64,000 nt of DNA from Heptranchias perlo (GCF_035084215.1 NC_090343.1:25048001-25112000), one strand, 5' to 3'; shown: positions 13,933 to 27,122, numbered from the stretch's first letter. The notes: a model not told the origin generated them from the letters alone. A program made the numbers and translations.

Positions 13933-14295
13933 GGGGACTGGGTGGCACAGTGACTTAGCACATAGTCCTTTCAGCTGTAGGTCTTGGTTTTGAATCTAGT
14001 CAAGATTGCTGGATAAAATTATTTTCTCCGTTTTGGCTGAAAGAGTTCTACATGAGATGAGTTTGGGCGGTCACTAGCTAGTTTCTTGGACCCCACAGCA
14101 AAAAAATCTTACCCGTTATTTGACAATCTCACTCAGAAACCAAAAGGAGAGCTGATGTGGAAAACAGAAATCTCAGAAACTGCAACTAGGGACAATTTTC
14201 TGAGACCGGATTGAACATACATTGTTGGGGCAGGATAGAGGAAGCTTTACTTTGCAGCTGTACTTGACTTCAGAGAACTTAATGGTGATTCTGGA
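13933..14295 (+). mobile_element. LF-SINE-like tRNA SINE
   Basis: Head ggggactgggtggc...cctttcagctgtaggtc...gaatc; internal blocks atgagatgagtttgggcggtc and cattgttggggcaggatagaggaagcttt resemble the LF-SINE consensus as I recall it. Confidence 0.55.
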
Positions 14296-15111
14296 GCCCA
14301 GTTTTTGCAATCAAAGGCCCCGTTCCTCTGCTTCACTTCCTGTGGGAGAATGATGGCTCTGTCAGGGAAATACACTGTTCTCTGCCTTCTTACACTCCTT
14401 ACAGACACCTGTTGATCATGTTACCTTCCTGTTTGTCAAAGTGTGCAGTCAACATATCTCCCTGCTTTGAGCTGCACACTTTGACAATCAGAAAAGTCAA
14501 CCTCATTATCACAATGTGTGAGAGCAAGGATTAAAGGTTGATCTCAGAAATACATGCAAGGTTTTATGTACTTGATGTTTCTTTAGACTTAACCATTTCT
14601 CTAAGGGCTGGTTTTCCACCAAAATTCAGCATTCAGGAAATTTAGAAGTCATCTTGAAAGAGTCTTTACCTCCATGTTAAGATGCCATTACTTTTTCCAA
14701 AATTTCAAAAGCCTTTCTGAAAGAAAAACTGAATTCTAGGAGTAAAGTGATTGCAGTAAAACATGTTTTAATGGCAGTATAACATTTTTAAAATAAAATA
14801 TCAAAACAGCAGCAGTGTCCTAGTCTTTTCCGTTCTGGTGGCTTCAGAAGCTGCATTGATATACATTTTGTATATAATGCAGGTGAAATCTTGCACCTGA
14901 CACATCTAAATATTTAATCCATTCTTCAGTGTGACCTCAGAGCAAACAGCCCTAAGTTCATGCCAGTGTGAAAATGATAACAAAATGGGTTCCTGGTGTG
15001 TTATCAATCATAGAATGATGCAGCACAGAAGGTCATTCAGCCCATCATGCTTGTGCCAGCCCTTTGAAAGACCTATCCAATTAGTCCCACTCCCTTGCTC
15101 TTTCTCCATAG

Positions 15112-15438
<327 letters not shown>

Positions 15439-15815
15439 TAGATTCGCATGATGGTGCTTTTCATAAATGGCTGAGAAATTATTCAAAATTGAAAATCCAC
15501 ATGATATGAATATCTTATTAAAATGATATGAACATATTGTAACAGTATCCCTTTTTACTGGCTCACAAACGCTGTAGTTTAAAATCGTTAAATGCCAAAC
15601 ATAACTAAATCATGTTTTAAAAACTTGGTTGGAAGTTTGTTTTAATTAAAGTGAAGTATCAGTTTGGCTCAATTGGTTGTACTCTTGCCATTAAGGCAGA
15701 AGGTTTTGGGTTCAAGTCCCATTCCAGCACTTGATTTCCTAATCTAGGCTGACATTCAATTCAGTACTGAGGAAATGCTGTATTGTTGGAGGTGGTGTCC
15801 TGTGGATGAGGTGTT

Positions 15816-16540
15816 GGGATCGATCTTAGCTTCTGGTGAGAAACCGGAGGAGGGAAATTGTTTCTGACCCGCCTCGCGGCAGCACGAGAACACATCTATT
15901 TTAACCTCATTATCATGCCAGGCTTCATTACCATGCCACTGGTCCACTTCCCGTCCAAAACAGGCAGGGAAAGCTAGTGACCTCCGGAAAATCGGGCAGC
16001 GCATAGCTGCCCACCGGCACACGGGTAATTCTTGAGAAGGAGATGCTGGGAGGGTCTTGTGGGAAGGAATGGGGATTGTCCGGGGCAGGGAGGCCTAACT
16101 GTTCCTTGTGAGGCCCAGCAGAGCATTCCTGGTCCCACAAGGGAAAGTAATAAATTTACCTTACAGGGTCTCTTCACACCCCAATCCTCTTCTGACGTAC
16201 TTCAGGCTGGCAGGAAAGCCGCAGCGGCTCCCCCACTCAGGCCTCACTTAAAATTGCAGTTGGAGCCTGATGATGTCATCTGCATATTTAATGAAGGATC
16301 CTGCTGACTTCAGGTGGATGCCTTTGATGCCTAGTTAGAGGAGCAGATTAAATTCAGGATTGTCAGGGGAAATCGATGGGTAAGCCACCCGAAGCATTTC
16401 AACTGCCTACCCGCCCCGTTTCCACCAGGTGGGTAGGGTTAAAATCCACCCTGCCCCCCCCCCCCCCCCCCCCTGCTGGGATTATCCTCCTAGGGTTAGT
16501 GCTCTGATTTCAGGTTGGATCACAGAGGAGAATCCTAGCC
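15816..16540. mobile_element. Compound Harbinger-type MITE insertion (~15816-16451 plus ~16474-16540) inside a SINE
   Basis: GTT is duplicated at 15813-15815 and 16541-16543, and the SINE context continues across it (gatgaggtgtt|aaac). The larger part shares the core gatgtcatc..tgcatattt with the MITEs at 26530 and 29273. The small part has TIRs tgctgggattatcctc / gaggagaatcctagcc. Confidence 0.7.
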
Positions 16541-16554
16541 GTTAAACAAAGACT

Positions 16555-16860
16555 TTTTTTAATTTGTTCTCGGGGTGTGGCCAATGCCACATTTATTCCT
16601 CATTTGTAATTTCCCTGAGAAGGTGGGGATGGGCTTTCCCCTTGAACCGCTGCAATCCTTTTGGTGATGGTGCATTCAAGATGGTGGCAGGTAGGAAATT
16701 CCTGAATATTGACTCAGGAACAGTGATCTATTTCCATGTCAAGATGGTATGTGACTTGAAGGCGATAGTTCCCACGACATTTCTGCCCTTATCCTTCTCA
16801 GCGGTGGAAGTCGCAGAGGAAGGCTGTCGAAGCAATCTTGCATCCTGTAGATCATTGTAA
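16555..16860 (-). mobile_element. 3' fragment of the poly(A)-tailed CR1-group LINE
   Basis: The reverse complement resembles 21100-21422 (cttctcaagggcaatt...aataaatg...poly A). Confidence 0.7.
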
Positions 16861-17857
16861 ATCCTTACTTTCTTTTACAAGACTATCAGCTGAAACTAAA
16901 TCAAATAGACTTTAAAGGATGGCATTATACTGGCACTGACATCACTCTTAGTGTTGTAATTGGCACTGTTATTTCTGATATATTTACTGATGTCTCCCCA
17001 TCTGGGAGTCAGCTTCAGCTAGGAGGGCAGTCATCTGACTGGCACAAATGCTGCTCTGTTTCAGTCAGCAGGATACATCATATCCTACTCCTCAGTGAAG
17101 AACTGCACTGCCTTAAATCTTTTCTCATAATAGCTTACTTTTTGGGTATATAAAAGGCATGGCTAGAGCCAAGCCAGTGCCAGCTGTGACTTAACTATCC
17201 AGCAAATGAAAAAAATTACATTTTACTGATCAGTGCCAAAGCATTACCAGTCTTTCACTGGAGTGGGCAGGGTTACAAATTTGACTGATACCTCAACACT
17301 AATAATTCATTATTGGCCCTGTGTTACTGCTAGTTTGACTTACAAAGAAACAAAGAGATGTTGGGACAGTTGCATTATCTTGTTATGTGGCTTTAAGTGA
17401 ACTCAAGAAGACCGTGGCTTTAGGGCCAGATTAAATTTGAAGCCAGTTTAGCAACAATTTGTTGGAGGCCATGAAAATTTTCAGTACAAGTCATAATTGG
17501 CTCTGCTTCAATAAGTCTTGTAGAGAACAGACAAGACTTTTTACTGATGAGATCATCAACCATAAGGGATGCCAAAAAATGGTAGAAATCACATTTTTGT
17601 GATTACCAATGCATAGAAACAGAAAGTTACAGGAACACAGACACAAACTGGATTGGAAAAGGCTCTGTAATCCATCTGGCTGGCCCTAAAAATGAATGCC
17701 TTTCAATCATCCACTCCCTCAAACTTCTATCTAATTCTCTTTTCAATTTTTCTCTCTACCACCACGGCCTCTCTGGGCAGCCTATTCCTCACATTCACCA
17801 CTCTCTGTGTAGTTCAGTCTGAACTGTATGTGCACCTTCCCTCTTCTAAACGTGTGT

Positions 17858-19445
17858 CATAGAAACATAGGAGCATAGCAACACAGAAACAGGAGTAGGC
17901 CGCCATTCAATTAGATTGTGGCAGATCTGCACCTTAATTCCATTTACCCACCTTTGTACCATATCCCCTGATACCCTAACCTGACAAAACTCTATCAACC
18001 TCAATCTTGAAAATTTCAATTGACCCATCACTGACAGCCTTTTGGGGGAGCAAGTTCCAGATTTCCACTATCCTTTGTGTGGAAAAATGCTTCCTGATTT
18101 CATTCCTAAATGTCCTAGCTCTAATTTTAAGATTATGCCCTCTTGTTCTGGATTCCTCCGCTAGAAGAAACTGTTCTCTGTATCTACTCTATCAATTCCC
18201 TTTATTATTTTAAACACATCGATTAGATCACCACTCAACCTTATACATTCAAGAGAATACAAGCCGTCCTCATTATTTAAATCTTTAAGCCCTGGCATAA
18301 TTCTGATGAATCTGCACTGTACTCCTTCCAAGGCCAATATATCTTTCCTGAGGTTTAGTACCCCTTAGTTCTAAAGTTTATGACAATCTCAAATATATTA
18401 TCAGCGTTCAATTTTTCCCTTAAGAATCTTGAATACTTCAGTAATATCTCTTCTGGGCATTCTCTTCTCCAGAGCAAGCAGTCTAAGGCTCATAGCTCAG
18501 ATGCCTTAAGTTAGTTATCAGTTTGGTTGCCCTTTTTTGCACTGCATCCACTACCTGAATAGCTTTGCTATAGTATGGTGACTAGAATTATAAACAATAC
18601 TGCAAGTGTGGCCCTACCAGTGCTTTGTATACTCACTATCCTTCCGCTGGTTAGCTTTCATTACTGCTGCCACATGCTGCGCTCTTGGTTTCAGCAAGCA
18701 ATCCACTATTACCCCAGTCCCCTCTCCCGTGTTGTATGCAGTAGCTTAAAGATATTCCCACTGTTTATTTACATTCCCTGGTCTCATTGTTTTGCATTTG
18801 TCCACATTAAATGCCATTTTCCACACATTAGCCTACTTTCTCAACCTATCTAGATCATTTTGTGCTTGTTGTGCCTCTTCCCTATTATTTAAAACCATCT
18901 CACCCCGATTTGGTGCCAACTACAAACTTAGATAGTTTTGTTTTTACCCCTAGCTCTACAGCACTTATATACACCGTAAGTGGCAATGGTCCCAGTACTG
19001 ATATCTAAGGCACCCTTTGCCACATCATCGAGCTTTCTCTGGCTTTGCCATTTTCAGTCCTCCTCAGAAGCTTGCTTCCTATTCCATGCCTTCCTATCTT
19101 GTGGACTATTCACTTCTGTATCAAGGTATTAAAATTCTAAAATCTAAATATATCACATTCACAGAATTTCTGTTATCAACAAGTTCTATTGTTTCCTCAA
19201 AGAACTACAGGAAATTTGTTAGGCATTCTCTTTTACCATACCATCCCCTTTTTAGAATGCCTTCTAATACTCACCAATGCAGGTTGGTGTCACTGGCTTG
19301 TAGTTCCCTGGGTCTTTTTAAAGATTGAAATTATGTTAGCTGCTTTCCGATCGCCGATTATTATTCCCATTTCTAATGATTCGCAAAAGATAATGGCGAG
19401 AACAAGACTGATTTTGTTAGCCATTTCTTTAAGTAGCTTTGTTCA
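17858..19445 (-). mobile_element. CR1 LINE fragments (younger 3' end ~17858-18360 adjoining an older degenerate RT region)
   Basis: CR1 3' tail and NEIRKHFSTQRIVEIWN-like coding on the minus strand; decayed RT-like sequence continues to ~19445. Confidence 0.75.
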
Positions 19446-19449
19446 ATGA

Positions 19450-21422
19450 GGAGTGTAGAAGAGCATGCCAGGAGCAGCAGCAGGCGTACCTAAAAATGAG
19501 GTGCCAACCTGGTGAAGCTACAACTCAGGACTACATGCATGCTAAACAGAGCTAAGCGATTCCACAACCAACTGATCAGATCAAAGCTCTGCAGTCCTGC
19601 TACATCCAGTCGTGAATGGTGGTGGACAATTAAACAACGAATGGGAGGAGGAGGCTCTGCAAACATCCCCATCCTCAATGATGGCGGAGTCCAGCACATG
19701 AGTGCAAAAGAAAAGGCTGAAGCGTTTGCAACCATCTTCAGCCAGAAGTGCCAAGTGGATGATCCATCTCGGCCTCCTCCCGATATCCCCACCATCACAG
19801 CAGCCAGTCTTCAGCCAATTCGATTCACTCTACATGATATCAAGAAATGGCTGAGTGCACTGGATACAGCAAAGGCTATGGGCCCCAACAACATCCCGGC
19901 TGTAGTGCTGAAGACTTGTGCTCCAGAACTAGCTGTGCCTCTTGCCAAGCTGTTCCAGTACAGCTACAACACTGGCATCTAACCGACAATGTGGAAAATT
20001 GCCCAGGTATGACCTGTCCACAAAAAGCAGGACAAATCCAATCCGGCCAATTACCGCCCCATCAGTCTACTCTCAATCATCAGCAAAGTGATGGAAGGTG
20101 TCGTCGACAGTGCTATCAAGCGGCACTTACTCACCAATAACCTGCTCACCAGTTTGGGTTCCGCCAGGACCACTCAGCTCCAGACCTCATTACAGCCTTG
20201 GTCCAAACATGGACAAAAGAGCTGAATTCCAGAGGTGAGGTGAGAGTGACTGCCTTTGACATCAAGGCAGCATTTGACCGAGTGTGGCACCAAGGAGCCC
20301 TAGTAAAATTGATGTCAGTGGGAATCAGGGGGAAAACTCTCCAGTGGCTGGAGTCATACCTAGCACAAAGGAAGATGGTAGTGGTTGTTGGAGGCCAATC
20401 ATCTCAGCCCCAGGACATTGCTGCAGGAGTTCCTCAGGGCAGTGTCCTAGGCCCAACCATCTTCAGCTGCTTCATCAATGACCTTCCCTCCATCATAAGG
20501 TCAGAAATGGGGATGTTTGCTGATGATTGCACAGTGTTCAGTTCCATTCACAACCCCTCAGATAATGAAGCAGTCCGAGCCTGCATGCAGCAAGACCTGG
20601 ACAACATCTAGGCTTGGGCTGATAAGTGGCAAGTAACATTCGTGCCAGACAAGTGCCAGGCAATGACCATCTCCAACAAGAGAGAGTCTAACCACCTCCC
20701 CTTGACATTCAACGGCATTACCATCGCTGAATCCCCCACCATCAACATCCTGGGGGTCACCATTGACCAGCAACTTAACTGGACCAGCCATATAAATACT
20801 GTGGCTACGAGAGCAGGTCAGAGGCTGGGTATTCTGCAGCGAGTGACTCACCTCCTGACTCCCCAAAGCCTTTTCACCATCTACAAGGCACAAGTCAAGA
20901 GTGTGATGGAATACTCTCCACTTGCCTGGATGAGTGCAGCTCCAACAACACTCAAGAAGCTCGACACCATCAAGGACAAAGCAGCCCGCTTGATTGACAC
21001 CCCATCCACCACCCTAAATATTCACTCCCTTCACCACCGGCGCACCGTGGCTGCAGTGTGTACCATCCACAGGATGCACTGCAGCAACTTGCCGAGGCTT
21101 CTTCGACAGCACCTCCCAAACCTGCGACCTCTACCACCTAGAAGGACAAGAGCAGCAGGTACATGGGAACAACACCACCTGCACGTTCCCCTCCAAGTCA
21201 CACACCATCCCAACTTGGAAATATATCGCCGTTCCTTCTTTGTCGCTGGGTCAAAATCCTGGAACTCCCTTCCTAACACCACTGTGGGAGAATCTTCACC
21301 ACACGGACTGCAGCGGTTCAAGAAAGCGGCTCACCACCACCTTCTCAAGGGCAATTAGGGATGGGCAATAAATGCCGGCCTTGCCAGCGACGCCCACATC
21401 CCATGAACGAATAAAAAAAAAA
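19450..21422 (+). mobile_element. 5'-truncated poly(A)-tailed CR1/Jockey-group LINE (RT), lightly mutated
   Basis: NYRPISLLS, FDIKAAFDRVWH, GVPQGSVLGPTIFSCFINDL, MFADD and SFFVAGSKSWNSLP. Stops at ~19980, ~20010 and 20609; ends in AATAAA plus an A-tail at 21410-21422. Confidence 0.93.
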
Positions 21423-21746
21423 TTCAGACTTAATACCTTGTCCTCTTCTCGTACTGTCAGCCTATCCATGATGCCCTTATGTGTAATTCTTCAGTGCACA
21501 TAAATGACTTGGAAGGGGTGAATAGGGAATAATAAAATACAATATTAAAACCAAAAGAAGGAATTTCCGACCATAGGATAGGACATGAAAGACTTAACTG
21601 CATTATAGTGGCCTCACTGATATGTTAGTTTTTAACCAACAACCATTTCATCTTTGTAATGGTATTATATTACTGCACTACACTCCAAGATACAAGGAAC
21701 TTTTCTATGATTCTAATTATAACGTTTTTTTTTATTGAACTTACAG

Positions 21747-21898
21747 AAATTTAAGTATGACCGATTTTTGAACCCAGATGGAACAAAGAAAACAAATTTC
21801 TTCAAGAGTGGAAAACAGCTGAAGCACTACAACATGCCCTGGGGTGCAGGAACTAATGTTTGTATTGGACGATCTCATGCAATAAACAGCCTAAAAAT
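21747..21898 (+). CDS. ptgis: Prostacyclin synthase, exon 9 equivalent (heme-binding Cys)
   Basis: Acceptor ttacag, donor gtaagt; 152 bp. [50 protein letters not shown](M), with the WGAGxNxCxG heme signature. Not in the ORF track. Confidence 0.96.
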
Positions 21899-22831
21899 GT
21901 AAGTGTCGTATAGATTCACAGTATATTGTATTTCCCTGTAAAAGGCAGGGTATTCCCTATAAAATCCTGTTGTGGAAGTTGAGAGGTTCGACTGTACGAG
22001 CTCACAAAGCAAATGGTGCCATCTAATGTATCTTGGATGTTGGGAAAGCCAGAAACCCCATAAAACTGGTTGGCCCTATCTCGCTACTGTCTTGCTATGA
22101 TGCCAAACCCGATAAATTCCCCAGCTCTCCTGAAAAATGCATGTCACCTGATGAATACATGCCTATATTACAGAATCCCCCATGGCTGCCTGAAATGACC
22201 ATATGCCATAAAAGATGATGATGGTCATCACCTTCATAGCCACAGACAGAGCAGTGCAGGCAGATGACTGGTTGCAGGCTAGTTCGAATTGCATTGTTGC
22301 CTGCCTCAGCTGGGAGAGGTTTGTCCGTTTTGGACCAGGATGCTATATAGTGGTAACAAATGCTTGGAATTTCCACTCGGGTTTTCTGGCGGGAGATCAA
22401 CGGAACCCCTGGAGAAACAACGTAAATGGCTACAAATGTCTGTTTGCACCATTTTTCCAGGGTTTCCGCTGATCTTTTGATGTTGTAGTGGGAGAGTGGG
22501 AAAATCCTGCAAAAGGTCTGCCCAAAGCCTTCTGATTCAGGGTAGTAAAAACTTACCCCACTCATCCTGCTCATCTTTAAGTGGTCGCCTGTGTTTGTTC
22601 ATTCAGTATCCAGGCAAATCTATCTGTGCAGCTGGAACTGAAATTATGCTGGTTTACAGCCTATGGAGAAGGAAGAAGCAGATAGGAAAAATGTCAATCT
22701 AAAAATCAGGCAAACCAGGTACACCAGTGACTCTGTATCAGAGCAATATCTTAAACTATGTACCTAGCAGCTATATCTTTTTTCAGACAAATTTTATTGA
22801 ACATAACTAAAATTAATTTTACTTTTTACAG

Positions 22832-22979
22832 GTTTGTTTTTATAATGCTACACTGTTTTGATTTTCAACTTACTGATCCAAAGTCAAAAGTCCCAGCCTT
22901 TAACACAAGCAGATATGGATTTGGAATGTTGCAGCCTGAAAACGATATCATGTTTCAGTATAAACACAAGGTTGAATAG
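22832..22979 (+). CDS. ptgis: Prostacyclin synthase, last coding exon (exon 10 equivalent)
   Basis: Acceptor tttttacag. FVFIMLHCFDFQLTDPKSKVPAFNTSRYGFGMLQPENDIMFQYKHKVE* matches PTGIS SRYGFGLMQPEHD. Confidence 0.95.
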
Positions 22980-23734
22980 CCCAAAGGACAACAAAGCAAC
23001 AGATATCGGAATCCTCGAATGGGCCAGGGGACTTCTTCATCCTTGTTTTTGCAGCTTGCGCATTCTTACTCACTTAATGAAAAATTATCTTTTCCTGTTG
23101 CGTTGAGTAATTGTTTTCTTTTTATAAAGAGAAGTTGATGTGGAGTGAAGTTATCAAGCAACATTTTTTGTAAAAGTGTTATAGTTCAGAATGGAATTAA
23201 CGTGAGAATTACTTTGCAAGAAATAATGGGAATTTTTTTGATTAATCTAAGCTCTGTTAGGATGAATGGATGAAGTGGAGAGGCTGAAAAACGTTGTAGC
23301 CACAAGACTTCATAACCTTTTTTTTCTGCAATTTTTTTAATATTTAAAAAAAAATAGAAAAACTGCAAGGCCTTTTATGATGATAACAATCAATAATTTT
23401 TGCTGTGAAAAGAACGACAGAATCTGATGGAACATTTTGAACATGACACCCATCTATTGTTGTGTATCAATGGCACATGTTGGTGAACTGACCATTTCAA
23501 AGTGTCCTAAATGGGTAATCCTTACTTCATGTAGCACAATTAAAAATGAATTATTAACTCCATACTTATTTCATGCTGCATTCCATCATTCTATTTTTAT
23601 GCAGTGGGGCAGGGACCATCACATTCCCTTCATTTTTCCCATGTGATATAATTACAACAGATTTTTTTTTATTGATTGTTAATAGATTGCCTAATGCTTC
23701 ATGTGTTAATCAATAGGAATCTACTTGAAGTATT

Positions 23735-24090
23735 ACCAAAAGTGGAGATTTGATAGAGGTGTTCAAAATCATGAACGGTTTTAATAGAGTAAATAAAGAG
23801 AAATTGTTTCTAGTGGGAGAAGGGTCGATAACCAGAGGATGTAGATTTAAAGAACCAGAAACAACACGAGGAAACTTTTTTTTTAACGCAGAGTTGTTAT
23901 GATCTGGAATGAGTGGTGGAAGCAGATTCAATAATAACTTTCAAAAGGGAATTGGATATATACTTAATGGAAAAAATTTTACAGGGCTATGGAGAGAGAG
24001 CAGGGGATGTGGGACTATTTGGACAGCTCTACCAAAAAGCCAGCTCAGGCACGATGGGACGAATGGCCTCCTTCTATAATACTATTAAAT
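23735..24090 (+). mobile_element. CR1 LINE 3' fragment, in or near the ptgis 3' UTR
   Basis: GDLIEVFKIM...EKLF...EADSIITFKRELD plus CR1 3' UTR (gatgggacgaatggcctcc). Confidence 0.85.
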
Positions 24091-24261
24091 GTTACTAATG
24101 GGTCTGACTAACAGTTCCCAGAGTGCATCATGGAATGTTCAGTCATTAGAAGAAATTAACATCACAAATATTTATTTGCAGTGAAGTACCATGTAATATA
24201 GAAAGTGTAAAATTACTACAATTCAGCAGTTTCATTAAATAAGGAAAAAGAAATTTATTTT

Positions 24262-24267
24262 AATAAA
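24262..24267 (+). promoter_or_regulatory. Candidate poly(A) signal for ptgis
   Basis: AATAAA in AT-rich, non-repeat sequence ~1.3 kb after the stop. Alternatives are ATTAAA at 23539 and AATAAA at 23792 inside a CR1 piece. Not verifiable from sequence alone. Confidence 0.3.
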
Positions 24268-25814
24268 AGGCACACCCAACAGGAAACCTTGCATGGAAAA
24301 TATAAGAATTGTATATTTTTCTGAAGTCTGGAGATTTGTTTCATTTAAATTTACTCCTGATGTACGCATGGTCCCTGTTCTACTGCATACAGATATAATG
24401 ATGGAATGCAGCATGAACTAAGAATGGAGTTAATAATTCGTATTTAACTGAACATGAAATAAGGATTACCCAATTAGAACTCTTTGAAATGTCAGTTTAC
24501 CAACATGTGACATTTATTTCGAAATAACCAATTTGCATGAGAATAGACAGATTCACCAATACGCTGCTTTTAATTGGAACGCCTGACAAGTTCTGGTGAC
24601 GTTAGCCAAGGAGATTCCCTGGAGTGCATCTGCTTGCTGGTATTGATGTTTCCAGATCAATAGAGAGCTGTCTTTTGATTTATTGTTCAGTCTCAGCTAC
24701 ATTTTTACTGGTTTTGCAAAATATCTCTCTGAGACAAGAGGAAAAAATAATTGAAGATGGCTTATCATCAGTCAGAAAATGAATCACACAGTCAGACATC
24801 ACTAAAAAGTAAGCATGCTTTATTAACATCAAGGGAATGCATCTACTTTCCTGTTCACACACTACAATTTTTCAGGGTATGTCTAAAGGCCAATACTCAT
24901 TATTCAATGTACCCACCCCTGGAACTACCTTCTCGTTCAAGGCTCAGATTTTTCTTGCTTTGGCTTGTAAATTTATGGAATAAATTGACACCGAACAGTC
25001 AGAAGAAACCTGCAAAATCAGCAAGACATTGGAAAGATAAGGGCTTTTGCTGCAGTAGAATCAAACAGAGGAATCTATCTGGAGCACAGTCTCAGAAGAT
25101 AAGTGTCACATTAATGAGCTGGATGGGCCAAATGGGCTTTTCATGTTTCAGTTATCTTAATTATGCATCCGTGTGGGACCTTGCTGTGCGCAAATTGGCT
25201 GCTGTGTTTTCTACATTACAACAGTGACTATACTTCTAAAGTACTTCATTGGTGTAAAGCGCTTTGGGGCATCCTAAGGTCGTAAAAGGTTATATAAATG
25301 CAAGTCTTTCATTTAACTGATACAATCATGTTCTCATTTAGTATTGCAATGACATTAGTTTATGTATTTAAATAGACACATATATATTTGTAATATATTA
25401 AGTCACTATTTTATTTAAGCTATTTAAATATTGATTTTATATGTATTTTTATTTATACATTTTAGAGAATTTATAGAGGTAAAGTGTCAGCTGAATTGTT
25501 GATTGAAACTTTACAAATCAATTTTAATGTCCATATGTTTGTCATATTTATGTGAAAATATTACTTGTAATAAGGAAGAAGTAAAGTTCACACACTTGAA
25601 ACATTGTTCAGTTGACAACCTCTAAAGTAAGAAGAAGATGTGATCTTATAAGGTAGTCATATAACATATTGATTTGAAGCAGTTTCTTCAGTATTTGTAT
25701 TGGTGGTTAGTGTAATTTGGAGGTAAAGTTGTCTGAATCACATTTTAGATTTGATGTGAGACACTTTCAGGAGCTACCTCTGTACCCATTTCAATGTCGC
25801 TGCATGGATACATT

Positions 25815-26492
25815 TGGCTCAATTTTGAAATGGTGCCGGGTTCACAGTGGAGGGGGTGAAGGTGCGTGTGGCAAACCCAAATTTTAAAAAAAACTTACCT
25901 TTTCCAATGCAATTGCAACGTAATTGATGGTGATTAAAGTTGTTTCCGGGTTTCGCGCCAAGCCGGCTGCCGAAAGGAGCTGCAACGCGAGGGGCGGGGG
26001 AAAGAGAGAGAGAGAGAGAGAGAGACTCATCTGGCGCTGGAACAGAAAGTGGAGGGCGCGGAAGATCGGGGGGGGGGGGGAGAAGGGAAGATCGGTGGGG
26101 GGGGAGAGGGGGGAGATTGGAGAGGGACATCGGGGGGAGAGGGACACGGAGAGGGAGACATTGGGGGCTGAGAGGGGCATCGGAGATCAGTTTCACCAGG
26201 TGTGAATTGGAAGCCGTGGGAAAGCCCCCCAGTTAAGTTTAAAATCGTTTTCACTATCTAAATCAGAAATAGTCAGAAATAAAGTACCTTAAGTATCTGA
26301 GGTACATTTGGTTCTTTAACTATCATCCCACTGGCTTTAATTGCTGGCGGGACTTCCGGATTCGTGAAGCACGTGCGCACACAGGTGCGTCTGTGGGAAA
26401 ACCAGAAGTCGGCAGGTTGGAGCCGGCTTCTGGACCTGCTCAGGATTTTCCAACCCCCAACACACCCGCAATTTGATTTTAAAATTGAGCCC
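25815..26492. mobile_element. Harbinger-type MITE, 678 bp
   Basis: TIRs tggctcaattttgaaat / rc gggctcaattttaaaat; TSD ATT (25812-14, 26493-95). Right subterminal region matches the left ends of the elements at 40855 and 51374 (gcaattaaagcc). Internal (GA)n and G-runs. Confidence 0.85.
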
Positions 26493-26529
26493 ATTATGTT
26501 CTGTTTTCCCTGAACAGAGTAACACCACA

Positions 26530-27122
26530 GGGCTCGATTTTAGCTCTTGGCAGGAACACGGCACATCGAGCAGCGTGCCCGTGCAGGAGCCGATTTTAAC
26601 TGCCAGGCCTCATTAGCATGCCACTTGCCAACTTCCCGACCAAAACATCTGGGAAGTCAGGGGAAAACGGTCGTCTGGTCGTTAAAATCAGACGGCAGGT
26701 GTGTGGTCCCCGGCACAAAGTAAATGTACCGGGGGGAAATCTGGAGGAAACCCGGAGCAGGGGAGGCCCAAAGTTTGCTTGTGGAGTCCAGAGGAGCACT
26801 TGGCTCACAACGAAACATTTTTTTAAAAATACCTTGCCTTACCAGGCTTCTTCTGGCACTGGCTCTTGTTCCCTGTAGCTTTGGCCTGGGGGAGGGGGAG
26901 GGGGAGGAGCCATCACTGATCCCCTGTTCAAGCCTCAGATTAAAATGGCAGATCAAAGATGTCATCGGAGCCCAATCTGCATATTTAAAGAGGACCCCAC
27001 CGGCTTGAGGCGAGTGTCCTTGCCGACTGAAATTTAAAATTGCAGTCAGCCAGATCAGGGTAGGAAAGGAGTGGGTAAGTCCCCCTCCATTTTAACTGTG
27101 GCGGGGGAATTAAATCGAGCCC
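26530..27122. mobile_element. Harbinger-type MITE, 593 bp
   Basis: TIRs gggctcgattt / rc gggctcgattt; TSD ACA (26527-29, 27123-25). Confidence 0.88.

Noticed and set aside
22033-22702. Overlapping ORFs (up to 159 aa) in the last ptgis intron
   Set aside because: No homology recognised. The region ends in a MITE-like terminus (aaaacttacccc at ~22560), but I could not define the other end.
25819-26254. Pro-rich and Arg/Gly-rich ORFs
   Set aside because: They are translations of (GA)n and G-runs inside a MITE.
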